A stretch of DNA of 48,679 nucleotides from Girardia tigrina (Eukaryota), in NCBI GenBank assembly GCA_001938485.1, contig MQRK01227347.1, forward strand, positions 34,303 through 82,981, in the 5' to 3' direction. The position numbers were made by a program, and so were the translations under genes. Below, piece by piece: positions 13,773 through 24,883 of the stretch (positions within the stretch are counted from its first letter, which is position 1; each line of letters starts with the position of its first letter). A model generated the notes under the pieces. It saw nothing but the letters and a program-made list of their open reading frames with translations, had not been told where the DNA came from and made no database searches.

Positions 13773-14480
13773 TGTTGGGATATAAGTCTTTTAATCATCA
13801 TTTATTTGAAAGTAAATCATTTATGAAAGTAAACTAAAATATTTTTTGTAACTTTCTTTTATTTTACACGATTAAATCGAAGTAAATTAAAAATGTCACT
13901 ATAATTTTATTTTTTTTGAAATTTTAATTGAAATCAAAATTGTAAAACAATTAAATCGATTTAAATGAAGCTGCGGTTTTAATTTTATTTTGGAAAACGT
14001 AATTATTAATGGAAATATAATTTGATTTTTTATGTAAAAAAGGGGTAATTTAAAAAATGTTAAATTAAAATAAAATGCGAGTTTAAATTCTATTTTCAAA
14101 TATTATTAAATCCAAAGTAATTTTTAAATTTATTATAAAAACGAAATGAAAAATGCAATAGTATAGAATTGGGAAATTTAATTGAGAAACAGGTAAATTT
14201 CAAGGTACAATGAAATTGAAATTTAATGAAAGACGAAACAAAATCTTTGTGACAAAATTTTAATTCATTTTATAATTTTTTATTAAAAAAAAGTATAGAA
14301 TTGTAATTCGTAAAAAAATACAGTAACCATACTTATATTTACATCAATTCTTATTTATAATGGTCTGTGTAAAAAGAAAGTGCAAAAGTTCCTCGGAAAT
14401 ATTTGTTTAGAAAAAACTCAAATTGTGGTAGAAATAAAGTTTTGTGTTCATGACAACGTCTTTTGATCAAGAACCCAAAA
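13773..14480 (+). mobile_element. Possible solo LTR within the ROR intron
   Basis: Starts TGTTGGG and ends AATAAA...GATCAAGAACCCAAAA. Related 3' ends finishing in ...AACA occur at about 5448-5533 and 6990-7076. No clear TSD. Confidence 0.4.
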
Positions 14481-14640
14481 CCTAGATTAAAATATATTAT
14501 AATATCATACTGCAAATAATAAAAAGGTTTTAGCCAAGCATCTAATTTAAATAATATAATATCAAAAATTTGTAATATTTTAATTGATTCGATTTTTTAA
14601 TACCTTTGATGATGATGACTATATTTATAAAACAAGTTAC

Positions 14641-14929
14641 CTTATTTGACTTAGGGGATAATCTGTGCAACCAATCTTCATTTTACTCAACTGAACCAAT
14701 GAATTCTCGGGCTTCTTATAATCATTTTGGCAGGGTTTATACATTCCGAGGTAGCTCTTCCTGGACAGTCCATTGGTATGACAATTGCTGTGCACTCCGA
14801 ATTTAGATTTCTTGCAAATCCAGTATATAAATATTACGATGATGACGAAACCAATAACGCAACTAATTGAAATGTACACTGGAAGAAAGGTTCGTATAGA
14901 TGAATTGTTTGAATTTGAAGATATGTCTG
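14641..14929 (-). CDS. ror: ROR-like RTK transmembrane/juxtamembrane exon
   Basis: Hydrophobic stretch VYISISCVIGFVIIVIFIYWIC followed by KKSK. Ends ...DYPLSQI-AG|GTAACT; AG plus G of the next exon gives Arg and an in-frame PLSQIRFQEQIGEG (compare ROR 'LSAVRFMEELGE'). Acceptor is tandem CAGCAG. Confidence 0.85.
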
Positions 14930-14966
14930 CTGTAGTAAATATTATATATTAAGTTAAGATTTTATT

Positions 14967-14969
<3 letters not shown>

Positions 14970-15012
<43 letters not shown>
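14970..15012. repeat. (TA)n microsatellite
   Basis: Direct reading. Other TA runs lie near 15771, 24126, 27790, 28505, 40778 and 48426. Confidence 0.95.
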
Positions 15013-15017
<5 letters not shown>

Positions 15018-15223
15018 TTATTAAACATTTTTTTACGTATATAAAATTTTCATTTTACAATTTTAATAAAAATTTTTATTCATTCTGGAACAGTCAGTCT
15101 TTTCAACAATTGAAGCGGCAACACAAATAAAAAATACGATTAACACTATGCAGCCGTAGACCAATTTAGGAGGATTAAAAAATGACTGCTAACAGTAAAA
15201 TTCATCCTTAATAATAATAATAA

Positions 15224-16085
15224 CACTGGGTAACAAAAAAAAATTTTTTTGAAAATTGTCCAGGGTTTTCCAGCTGAATTAGACTAATTTTGATGCTCTG
15301 AGTTCGAAAATGACCTTGGTTTTGCTCAATCAGGTTAGGTTTTTTTGTTACAGAAATTTTTAAAAAATTGATTTTTCTTCAAAAGAAATTACTGCGGATC
15401 ATCATCTGAGAAACAAATATATGTATATTTTTTCAGTTTTATTCAAGAAATAAAAGTCCACGACTCCAAATTCATTCAGTTTTTATTTAGTCCATCAAAT
15501 TTGATAAGCATAATTATACATAATATTAGTATAAAATGAGCGTTACGTGACACAAATTTTGGTGCATGTCCTGATGGAAACTTTCTCCCAGCTCGTCGCT
15601 CGTCGCCCCAAGGTTTTTATGAAAGTTTCGCATGAGAACAGGAAGTGCACCGTATACTCATCAAACAACTGAGTTTTTGGAAGGCCTCTATCACGCTGTT
15701 GATAAGTCTGGCGTGGTTTGCTGCCTTCGTCTTCCGCAGGAAGTTGTTCATCCCCTGCACAAACGATTTCATATATATATATATATATAAGGGGAACCAG
15801 TTTATCTCTATTTCTCTTGCGCACTCCACAACTCTCAAAGAGAAATATGAAGCAATGAAGTACTTGTTTGACAAAATCCTATATAATCAGCACCAATGGA
15901 TGAACTGCATCGACTTAAAGATGGTGAACTTTCTATTTATAAAATATTTCTATATATTATGTATAGGCCAGATAGGGCTATGGCTGTATCCCAAAAAGTT
16001 GATTGATAGAGCAAAATCAATATGTTATTCGGACTTCGAACACCAAAACTGTTGAAAAACACATGAAACTGTTGTTGTCTTTGTT
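15224..16085 (+). mobile_element. Chapaev3 (CMC) transposon, deleted and internally rearranged
   Basis: Left end TAA|CACTGGGTAACAAAAA. Plus strand GNQFISISLAHSTTLKEKYEAMKYLFDKI.YNQHQW..CIDLKMVNFL (15790-15935). Minus strand KSFVQGMNNFL..TKAANH...FQKLSCLMS...HFLFS...NLGATSDELGESFHQDM (15770-15560). Confidence 0.75.
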
Positions 16086-17064
16086 AGAAGACAAAAGATC
16101 TGTACTAAAATATATTTAAATAAACTAAATCACAAACACACATACATCAGTTATATACAGAATAAATGGAGAGTCAAAGGTTAACTCTGCTCTCGACCCC
16201 GTAATTGTTATATAATACAAATTTAGAATTATTCTAAATTTGGTGATTGCGTAATATTTCATTTAATTAATTTAAATTTAATTCTATAATATCTCACAGT
16301 CTTTTCAAAGATGTAAATATGAACCTGCAAAGGTTTATGATGATTTTAACATAATTTATTAAAAAAATTGTTAAATTAAAGTTTTTTTGATTTTCGAAAT
16401 AGTCTTCTGATCTGATAACAAATTGTTAAAGAATACATTAACCAGTAAGAAATAGAAAGTCATATTTTTTATAAAACATATATAAATTGTAATTATTTAT
16501 TATAATTAAATTGAGAACAAATACGTTTTTTTTAAACTAAAAATTGTTTTTGTCCTATTTCTAAAATGTAACATGTGTTTTTAGTTGGAAAAAACATAAT
16601 ATTTTTTCTTTCAATCGAGACTCGTTCGTACATTACAGTAAAATTAATATAAAATATTTTAATATATTTAACAAATTATAATTATTCTGTAGTTAAATAT
16701 TTAGTTCACTAAATTCAGAGTATTGGAAAATAAGAACAAAAGACGATTTTAAAAATAAAACGAATATTTTAATTTAATCTTTTGAGCAATTTCTTTTGAA
16801 AAAATATTTTTGGGAAACATTAAAAACACTGTACGTAAAATGTTATGAAGAATGGTTTTCCCTTTGCGAAAAAAATGCAACAAAACATGACGAATATGCT
16901 CATTTTGATTTTCCATTTCGAATTGATAGTAAAGTAATAAATTAAAACAAAATCAATTAATATTTAGTATAAACATAGTCTGAAAATTAAGGTTTCAGAA
17001 TATATAATTGAATTAAATTTTATCACTTCGTTTTATATTTTCAATCTTTTTATTAGGACGCACT

Positions 17065-17095
17065 CAAAAACGCAATGACTTTTTGACCAACCCAA
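17065..17095. mobile_element. Solo mariner TIR
   Basis: AAAAACGCAATGACTTTTTGACCAACCCAA-TA resembles the reverse complement of the mariner TIRs at 45916 and 36082. Confidence 0.55.
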
Positions 17096-18249
17096 TATAA
17101 TTTTTTGATATGAAGAATTAGTTAATTTTCATTTGCTGATCGAGATTTAAATATTTAAATATTATTTAGGATTAAAATCAAATTAAAAAATGTGAGTTAA
17201 ATTTTTTAAATAATACTCTTAAATAAAAGTTTTCATTTTTTCTGAAATTTACCCAATTTTCTTTAAATTTTTATTTCCAAGACTTAATTTTTTGAGATTT
17301 AATTTTCAAAACTTAAAAGTTGTGCTCCGTAAATAAATATGTGAATGTAAATATAAATATCATAACAGCAAATAAAATACAACAATTTTAAAATCAAAAC
17401 TTACAATTCAGTCTATATCCACAATGACGTTGTAAAGGGTTTTTTAGGTATAAATGTAAATAATAAATGGTTAAATAATCTTTTCTTTCGTGATACAGAC
17501 ATAAAACACGGACCTCTAATCTTAGAAAACTTTTGAAGAATTACAAGAATTTACAAATTAAAATTATATTTTATATTAATATCTTGTTAAGGGTTTCATT
17601 CTGCTTCACCAACTTTAAGTCTTCATTTTCCTAAAATAACATTAATCTTTTTATCTTGTTTTTTATGAACGTGCTTCATTTATGCTTTCGAATTTCAGCG
17701 TGCCTTTGTCGGGTAGCGCCTCAATAGAATGTCGCTGTAAGATTAGTTCTACAATACAGCGACAAAATTATGATCAAACAAATGATAATATATATGTAAA
17801 TTGGTCAATTTTATTTTACTCTGTCAATACAAAATATAATTTAAAAATTAATATTTTTTATAAAATAACTTAATAATATGTTTAAAAGAAATTAATGATT
17901 TAAGTAGTTTTTCAAACAGTTTTTTTGACGAAAATATTTTAAAACGTGATTATCAAATATTAATAATTTTATTTTATTATTATTATTTCCAAATTTCAAA
18001 GCATAGTTTTATCAAAAGCAAAGTTTATGTGATGACAAGAATGGTCACCATGTTGGATTTTGGATGTAAATGTCTTTTGCTTTTCAAAATTTTAAATGTT
18101 TGGACCTTAATAATAAGGATCAAAAGATTCAAGAAGAGAAAGGAAATCTTGAAGAGAATGTCTGAAAACCTTTTTAATCGAGTTTTGGAATTAAATAATA
18201 AACTATTAAGTATAAAAAAATGAAAGCCATTTAAAAATATATTTTTGGA

Positions 18250-18460
18250 TAATATATTTTGACGGTTTAACCATCATCATCACATCACTGATTATGTTAT
18301 TTTTTATTGGTTTTATACAAGAAACGAACGATTTTGTAATCACTTACGTAAGTCTAATCGAAAACTCTTAACAAATTAGTTGAGAGTGCTGTTTGAACAT
18401 TGATTTTAGGATCACATGATCTTATCAACAATGCTTCACATGACACTCTCTCCCAATAAT
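18250..18460 (-). mobile_element. Penelope-like element 3' end (GIY-YIG tail plus degenerate hammerhead)
   Basis: YWERVSCEALLIRSCDPKINVQ matches the PLE 'EALLI....P.LNxQ' tail. Downstream is TGATGATGGT-TAA-ACC..AAAATATAT. Confidence 0.55.
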
Positions 18461-20469
18461 TTTTAAAATGATTTTTTAAGTTTATTATTAAATATATCTT
18501 ATTGCAAATCGAATCTAATTCAAAATAAAAGGTAATAATAGCAAAACTAAAAGATGATAATAGCAAATCGATATTAAAGCGATGATCATTGTATACAATT
18601 GAAGAGCAGAAGGACGAATAATGCGGTATACCACTGTAAGAACTAAAGATGAAAGTGCAAAAAATACTAATTTAGATGTTTTAATAAAAAATTGACTCTT
18701 CTAATACAACATTTATGGTTTCTAAAAGAGTCATTTTAATTTTCGCAAGAAGAAACAGTAAGCAGACCTTATTCATCAGATTGGTGTTTGGCATCTTGTG
18801 AATCGTACAGTACCCAAATTAAGAACTTTGAAAAACTCAAAATGTTGTCTAATGACCAAAAGTGGAATAAAAATATATCTCTAGAATGAATACTTTTAAG
18901 ACAACGATCTTTACAAATTTTATTAATGTGTTTAACAAATGAGAAGCAAAAAACGTCTTTCGGTAATACTTGTTATTCATAATAACGCGTTTCAAAAAGT
19001 TGTTTGTATAAAGCAAAATTAAACAAGTTATCAAGTTGTATCATGTTTATTCATTCTTCTTATTAAAAAAAATGTCTCAAAAATAGAAAGAAAATAAATC
19101 TTTAATAGAAATTAATGATAGAAGTTCGTCTTTATTTTAACATGGAAATTATAATGGCTTTTATTGGAAAATTTTAAAGGTTTTTACTCGAAATTGTTTA
19201 TATCGAACATAATATAAAAGGTAATAAAATGTTGGTCATGCTTTTGGTAAATTATTAAATAAATTGACAAAATTACAAAAATTTGGAGAAAAAAATATGC
19301 AAAAACTTCAAACAAAATTAATTAATTAATTTCTGTGATATAATTATAAATAAATATTACTTAACTATTCCTCGAAAAACATATCAAAATAATATAATTT
19401 ATAATTTTTTTACTAAATGGTATTCCGTTTCATTAGAGATGTTTTTTTTTACTTCGTTGCATTGACAGACAAAAGAAACAATAAAGGTTGTAAAAGTAGC
19501 GCTAAAAAAGAAAGATGTCTTTGATCTTCTCTGAAAAGACTCAAAAATCTGTAAAACATTGACTGAAAATATACTTTATAATTAAGAAATGCTCTAAATG
19601 TAGAAATAAGAGATTCCGTCTGGAAATAATTACAGTTTACTAGATTTTATTCATAAATCTCTCCAGAAATTTAAATTCTCTAAAAGATAACTATTTTTAT
19701 TGATGAAGAGAATGCCAAAATGTGATGACACGGAATATTAGTAAAAAAGCAACAAATTTTTTAAAAATATATTAAAATTAATATTAAATTTTTTTACAGA
19801 ATCTTTACACAGATTCATCATTATCAGAACAAGCTCTTCAGTTTTTGGACGAATAGTTTTACCAAAAGCACGAAGTCACCATTTTTGAAGTTTTTTTTCA
19901 CTTTGGAGATATTTTTTTAAAACTATGCAAAAATATAAAATAATTGTCGTAAATAATTATGAGAAAGATGAGACAGAACTTTCTGTTTTAGAGAAAAGAA
20001 GACATTTTTTATGATTAACCAGAGCAAAGTGTAATTATCTACTAAATTGACTGAAACGCAAATTTGAACAAATTTTTAATAATTGTAGTAATTGTAAAGT
20101 TATAATTATTCGAGAATTTTTTATTTGTATTTATTTTTTTATCGCTTTTCATCAACAATTTTTACCATGTCAGACAATGTCTCTCAGACAGATTTAAAGT
20201 TAGTTCTTTCTTCCAAGAAGAGATCACCAAAGTTGACCTCCAATAATAAATCCTAAGATTCGATCTTTTTAATGCCAATTTCCTTTTTTATCATTTTGAG
20301 TTTGTTATAGGGGTATATAAAATCTTAGTACCAAGAAATAATATAATGTTGATATTTTTAATTTTTATAACTCACTTTTGTTTTTCGATAGAAATTAAAA
20401 CATAAATAAATAAATGTTCAAATCTAATAATCGCAAAAATTTCGAACAAAAATTTTAAAATCACCAAAT

Positions 20470-22110
20470 GTTTCAACAATTCAATTCAATGCGGTCTCTT
20501 TTTTCACAATTGATTGACGTTAACCAGATGGTAATAATGCTCTTGACATAAAGGCTATAGGTCTTCCATCCTAATTTAAGGTTGCCCTTAGTGTTTTTTT
20601 CGGATGCATCCATTTCAATCAGAAAAGGACGACTAAAATTAGGTGAAGCAAGAGCGATGTCTTTTAACTAATTTTTAAGTTCCGAAATTGCTTGGATGGT
20701 AGGTTCTGATAACTTTCCTGTATCCTAGAGATATTGACGAGCACATGTCAACAATTGAGTCTTGTCCGAAAAATCCTTTATCCATTTAACATAATACGCA
20801 AAAAAATCAAATAATCAATTTAACTGAGGCAGAGTAGTGACAAGTGGAAATTCTTTCAGAGCTCTAAAACGTTCAGGATCCGGATGTAGTAAGCCATCTT
20901 CTATAACATACCCCAAAAAAGAAATTCTCTCTTAAGGAAATTTGCATATTTCTTCGTTTAACTAGAGATCCACTTTCTGTGCTGCGACCATAACTTCCAT
21001 TAAACGAGCATTATGTTCCTTGATGGAACCGCCACAAATAATAATATCATCCAGGTGAGCGTAAGTTCCATGAAGATCTTGTCTTTCAATAAATCCATAC
21101 ACGGCCCTCTGAAATTATGAGGGGTTAATTTAAGTTTTCATCGAAACAGAATTTGTGAATGCGAAGAGAAAGAGTGAGAATTCATATAATCGTCCGTAAA
21201 CTTCAAAGGTTGTTAAAGGCAAATCAGCTGGCTTCAATGGCAACTGGTGTTATGCACTCCGTAAGTCTATCTTTGAAAATACCCTGCCCGGCGCTACCTT
21301 TATCAAAAGTTTCTCGATATGACTGGGAGAATAGGCCTCAACATGAGCATATAGATTACTAGTTGTAGAGTAGTCTATTACTAGGTGAGGTTTCATAGTC
21401 TCATTCACCAAAAAACATTGAGCCCTCCAAAGACTCCGGAATTTTTGGTGTAATAATGCTCTCATGGTATGATGACCCACGTTGTTGCAATTGAGATTAG
21501 TTGAGCTACATCTAAACCTGATAAAAGATCGACTGGGTTAATATACCACGCCTTTAAAGTCAGGCGAAATGTAGCTGGACACTCCTTTCCACTAAATTTT
21601 TGTCGTATAGTTGAGTGGCGTGAACGGATGTCATGACCGATGATTGCTGGAACTAATAGGCTTTTTGCCACATCAACTGTTAAACACGAATATTTGTTGG
21701 CAGAAACCGTCAGAGTCACTGAAACCGACCCCAGAATAATAAAGTCTGAGTTATTGGCTAAGGTAATTGAGCGGGTTGCCGATGGGTCAAAAACTCACTG
21801 AGATGAGACTGGTGAATGAAATTGTTATCCGATCCCATATCAATCAACGCTTTCATATTGATACCATTTATATTTGCCATTACCAAACCATCCAGTCTTC
21901 CTTGTGGTAATAGTGTAGCCAGTATGTCATGACTTATGTCCTATGTCATGACCCTTCTCTTAATGTTTGTGGCTTTTCAAAAACGGAAGAAATGAAAAAG
22001 TGGTCCTCGTCCTCAAGCAATTCAAAAGGTATTGACACCCAAAATTCAAATCTTCTTTACCAAGAAATGGATCGAAGACACAGTCGATGTTTCTGCCTTA
22101 AATTTAATGT
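20470..22110 (-). mobile_element. Ty3/gypsy pol relic (protease-RT-RNase H)
   Basis: INGINMKALIDMGSD (protease); LVIDYS, FSKIDLRSA, TYAHLDDIIICG, ISFLGYVI (RT); IEMDAS, RPIAFMSRAL (RNase H). Multiple frameshifts. Confidence 0.9.
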
Positions 22111-22892
22111 GTCTTTTCTGAACCTTGGGAGTGCCATTAAAAATATTACAAGATGTTAGGACAAGACTTTGATTAATAGAACAAAAATTGATCCAGTAAG
22201 GCTTCACTGATTAGATTTGTTACGTTCTCTCGAAACCAAGAAGCATTGAGAATAAAGTAAAAGATCTAAATATTTCCTAGAGGCAAAACGATAAATAAAA
22301 ATGATTTGTACTAATTCTAAGATCAATAGTGAAGGATGTTTTTTAAAAGCCTAATTTCGAATGAAGATTCAATTTTTGAGTTTTTCCTTAAGACATTAAA
22401 TTATCAACTAGTGTAAGAAGTATTTATACTTGAATATCAAATACCGAGAGAAAATCGTTGAATGATGACAATAACATTTGAAAATTTAGCTGATTAATCT
22501 CTAATCGTCCAATTTTTTCATAGTATGAAACCGAAGCCTGAGGAAATTCTATTAAGAAGGTTGAAAAATAGTTTAGGTCTATCTTTTAAATTGAATTGCT
22601 TCAGTAAAGAAGAAATATTCTCGAGATGGTAAGTAGAAAAAGACGAAACAGAAGATATATCAGAAGTCTGATGGAAGATTATGAAGTTGTGCAAAGGTTT
22701 ATACATCAGAGTAATTTTTCGGTGATCCCTCTAACAATGTACAAGCTTATTACTCTTTTTTGTTTTAAAATTCATAAATCTGTAATTTTGAAATATTCAA
22801 AATTTCCATTTCTAAAGAAGTTGAGAATTAATAACTCAAACTAACACCATAACTATTTTTGTCTTTGATGAACAAGTTATCACTAAGACATC

Positions 22893-23634
22893 CAAATTGT
22901 ACTAAAAAATTAATTCCGGAATTTCGAAGTTTCATTACTGTCATTTTAGAACAGGGAAATCCATTTCGGAAATTAGGTTTTTAAAAGTTTTATTTATTTT
23001 TATTTAAATGCATTGAAAGGTAATTTTTATTTAAATTTTTTTTATTTTAAAGGACCTATCTTTCGAAAACATAACTTTATTTTATATTTTATATTTTAAA
23101 TTTATTTTTTCAGAAGGGACCTTCAGTTATCAAACACAAAACAACGATTTTTAAACATTATTATAATTTTCTTCGTGTGGAGATTAGCGAAGTAAAGGTC
23201 TTTCTTCGACATAAATTAATATTTTTCTAAAAAAATGTAATTATAAAATCAGTAGTTTGATTAAATATTATATTTATCATTAATATTAATTGTATAAAAC
23301 AATGATCTCGATCTTTTCATTGCAAAGTATTTATTACTTTTAAACGATATTTTTTTATTTTGTTTCTCAATCGCATATTTATTTATTATTAATGCTGCTG
23401 AGTTTTCCACAAATAGTTTAATTCTCTTCGAAAGAATTACGACTCTCCTTTCCCCCAAGAGATCAGCGATTCATATCTGAAATTATTATTATTGCCAAGA
23501 AGCTTTACATTTCGCTTTTTTGTTATAAAACTCAATAATAATAAAATATGTCTTATTGTTTTCTAAATAAAATGTAAAAAAGTTAAAACAATTTTTCGTA
23601 AAATAATTTCTGTTGTTCTTCACCTCTCAACATC
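22893..23634 (-). repeat. ~740-bp repeat, copy 1 (inverted copy at 38248-38988)
   Basis: Near-identical reverse-complement sequence; the same incidental 65-aa ORF (GERRVVILSK...) appears in both copies. Confidence 0.93.
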
Positions 23635-23659
23635 TTCTTCCTCATGGCTAATGTCGACT

Positions 23660-24122
23660 GGAACACGGGACGGGTATTAATGATTTATAACCTGCCTTTT
23701 TAACTCTTTCCAAACTGCTGTCTTGCTAACAGATGTTGACCTAAGTTTGAAACTGTGGAGGATGTCCTCTGTTTAATTTCATGAGTTAAGCTTCTGTTAT
23801 CAGTGACATTTGCTTTGCGCTTACGGCCCCATTTCCCAATTCTCGGTGATGCCATACCATTCACATTTTATAATTTCCTTATTCTGCTGACAATAGCAAT
23901 TGAAACATCACATTTAGCAGTAATTTGTCTCACTGAATATGTTTGTTCATCGACAAGTGTTTTGATCTGTAAAATTTTAGTTGACTGTATATCACACTTT
24001 TTGCCAATGTCTAAAGTAAGCAATGAAAATAATAAAGAAACTGAATTATTCAAAATATTTTAATAAATAATTAAAATATAGATAGATATAACATTTATTT
24101 GCATTTAATGAATTAATGTGAA

Positions 24123-24153
<31 letters not shown>

Positions 24154-24345
24154 CCATAGAATTTAGAAACCTATTTTTGAAGGCTTTTTATTCAATCAAT
24201 TTTCTTCAAACTTTGCACACTTACTTGTTCTCGACGACAATTAATGATTATATGAAAATTTGATTGAAAGAATTTTTGAAGGTCCCAAAATGTGGAAAAA
24301 ATGGAAAATTCGGAGTTTCCGAACAATATTAATTCATAAAGGTTT
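23660..24345 (-). mobile_element. Tc1-like element, 5' part
   Basis: KKCDIQSTKILQIKTLV...YSVRQITAKCDVSIAIVSRIRK (HTH), GRKRK motif, AVWKELKKAGYK. A TIR-like end lies near 24345. Confidence 0.65.
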
Positions 24346-24883
24346 ACTTATAAATTATGAGTAGTTTATATTAATTTTTTATTGTGTTTTAAATTATTTT
24401 TTTAATTAAAACTTTGTAGACAAAGAAGAGTTCTGTCTGTATAAACAATAGATATAAAAAATTTAATTTTTTGATTTACTAGTTACGTTCAATAACACTA
24501 TTTATAGCAAATAATTAATAAAAACAAACTTCATTCTTATGAGACAAGATATCTTGTTAATATTGACGCAATTGCCGTTGAGATTTTGTTAATATTTTGA
24601 AATTTGCGTTGTGTGATTTTTAGATTTTTTCCTTGTTTAAGGATTCGGTTTTTCAGACTTTCTAAATTAATCCAGTAAAACAATTTATTAAATATTCTAA
24701 ATACTAAAATTTTTTTTATTTATGAAAATATTATATTTGTTCAAAATTTAGTATTTTCTTCTAATTAGAATTTTTATATGATTTTACTGAAATCTAAACC
24801 TTTTTCAACGTCAACCTATGTTAAATTGGCTGCATAATTGTTGTTGCTACTCTGAACGTTATTATTTGTGCATTACATTTGAT

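Noticed and set aside
13056-14099. Short ORFs in the ROR intron, and similar F/I/K/N-rich ORFs elsewhere
   Set aside because: Low-complexity translations expected by chance in very AT-rich DNA; no motifs or splice support.
17400-17525. Possible upstream ROR exon (GTAAGT donor on the minus strand)
   Set aside because: No frame gives kringle or CRD motifs.
23261-23458. Conserved small protein (65-aa ORF duplicated at 38423)
   Set aside because: It has a non-ATG start, AT-driven composition, and lies within a duplicated repeat, so the similarity reflects DNA duplication.
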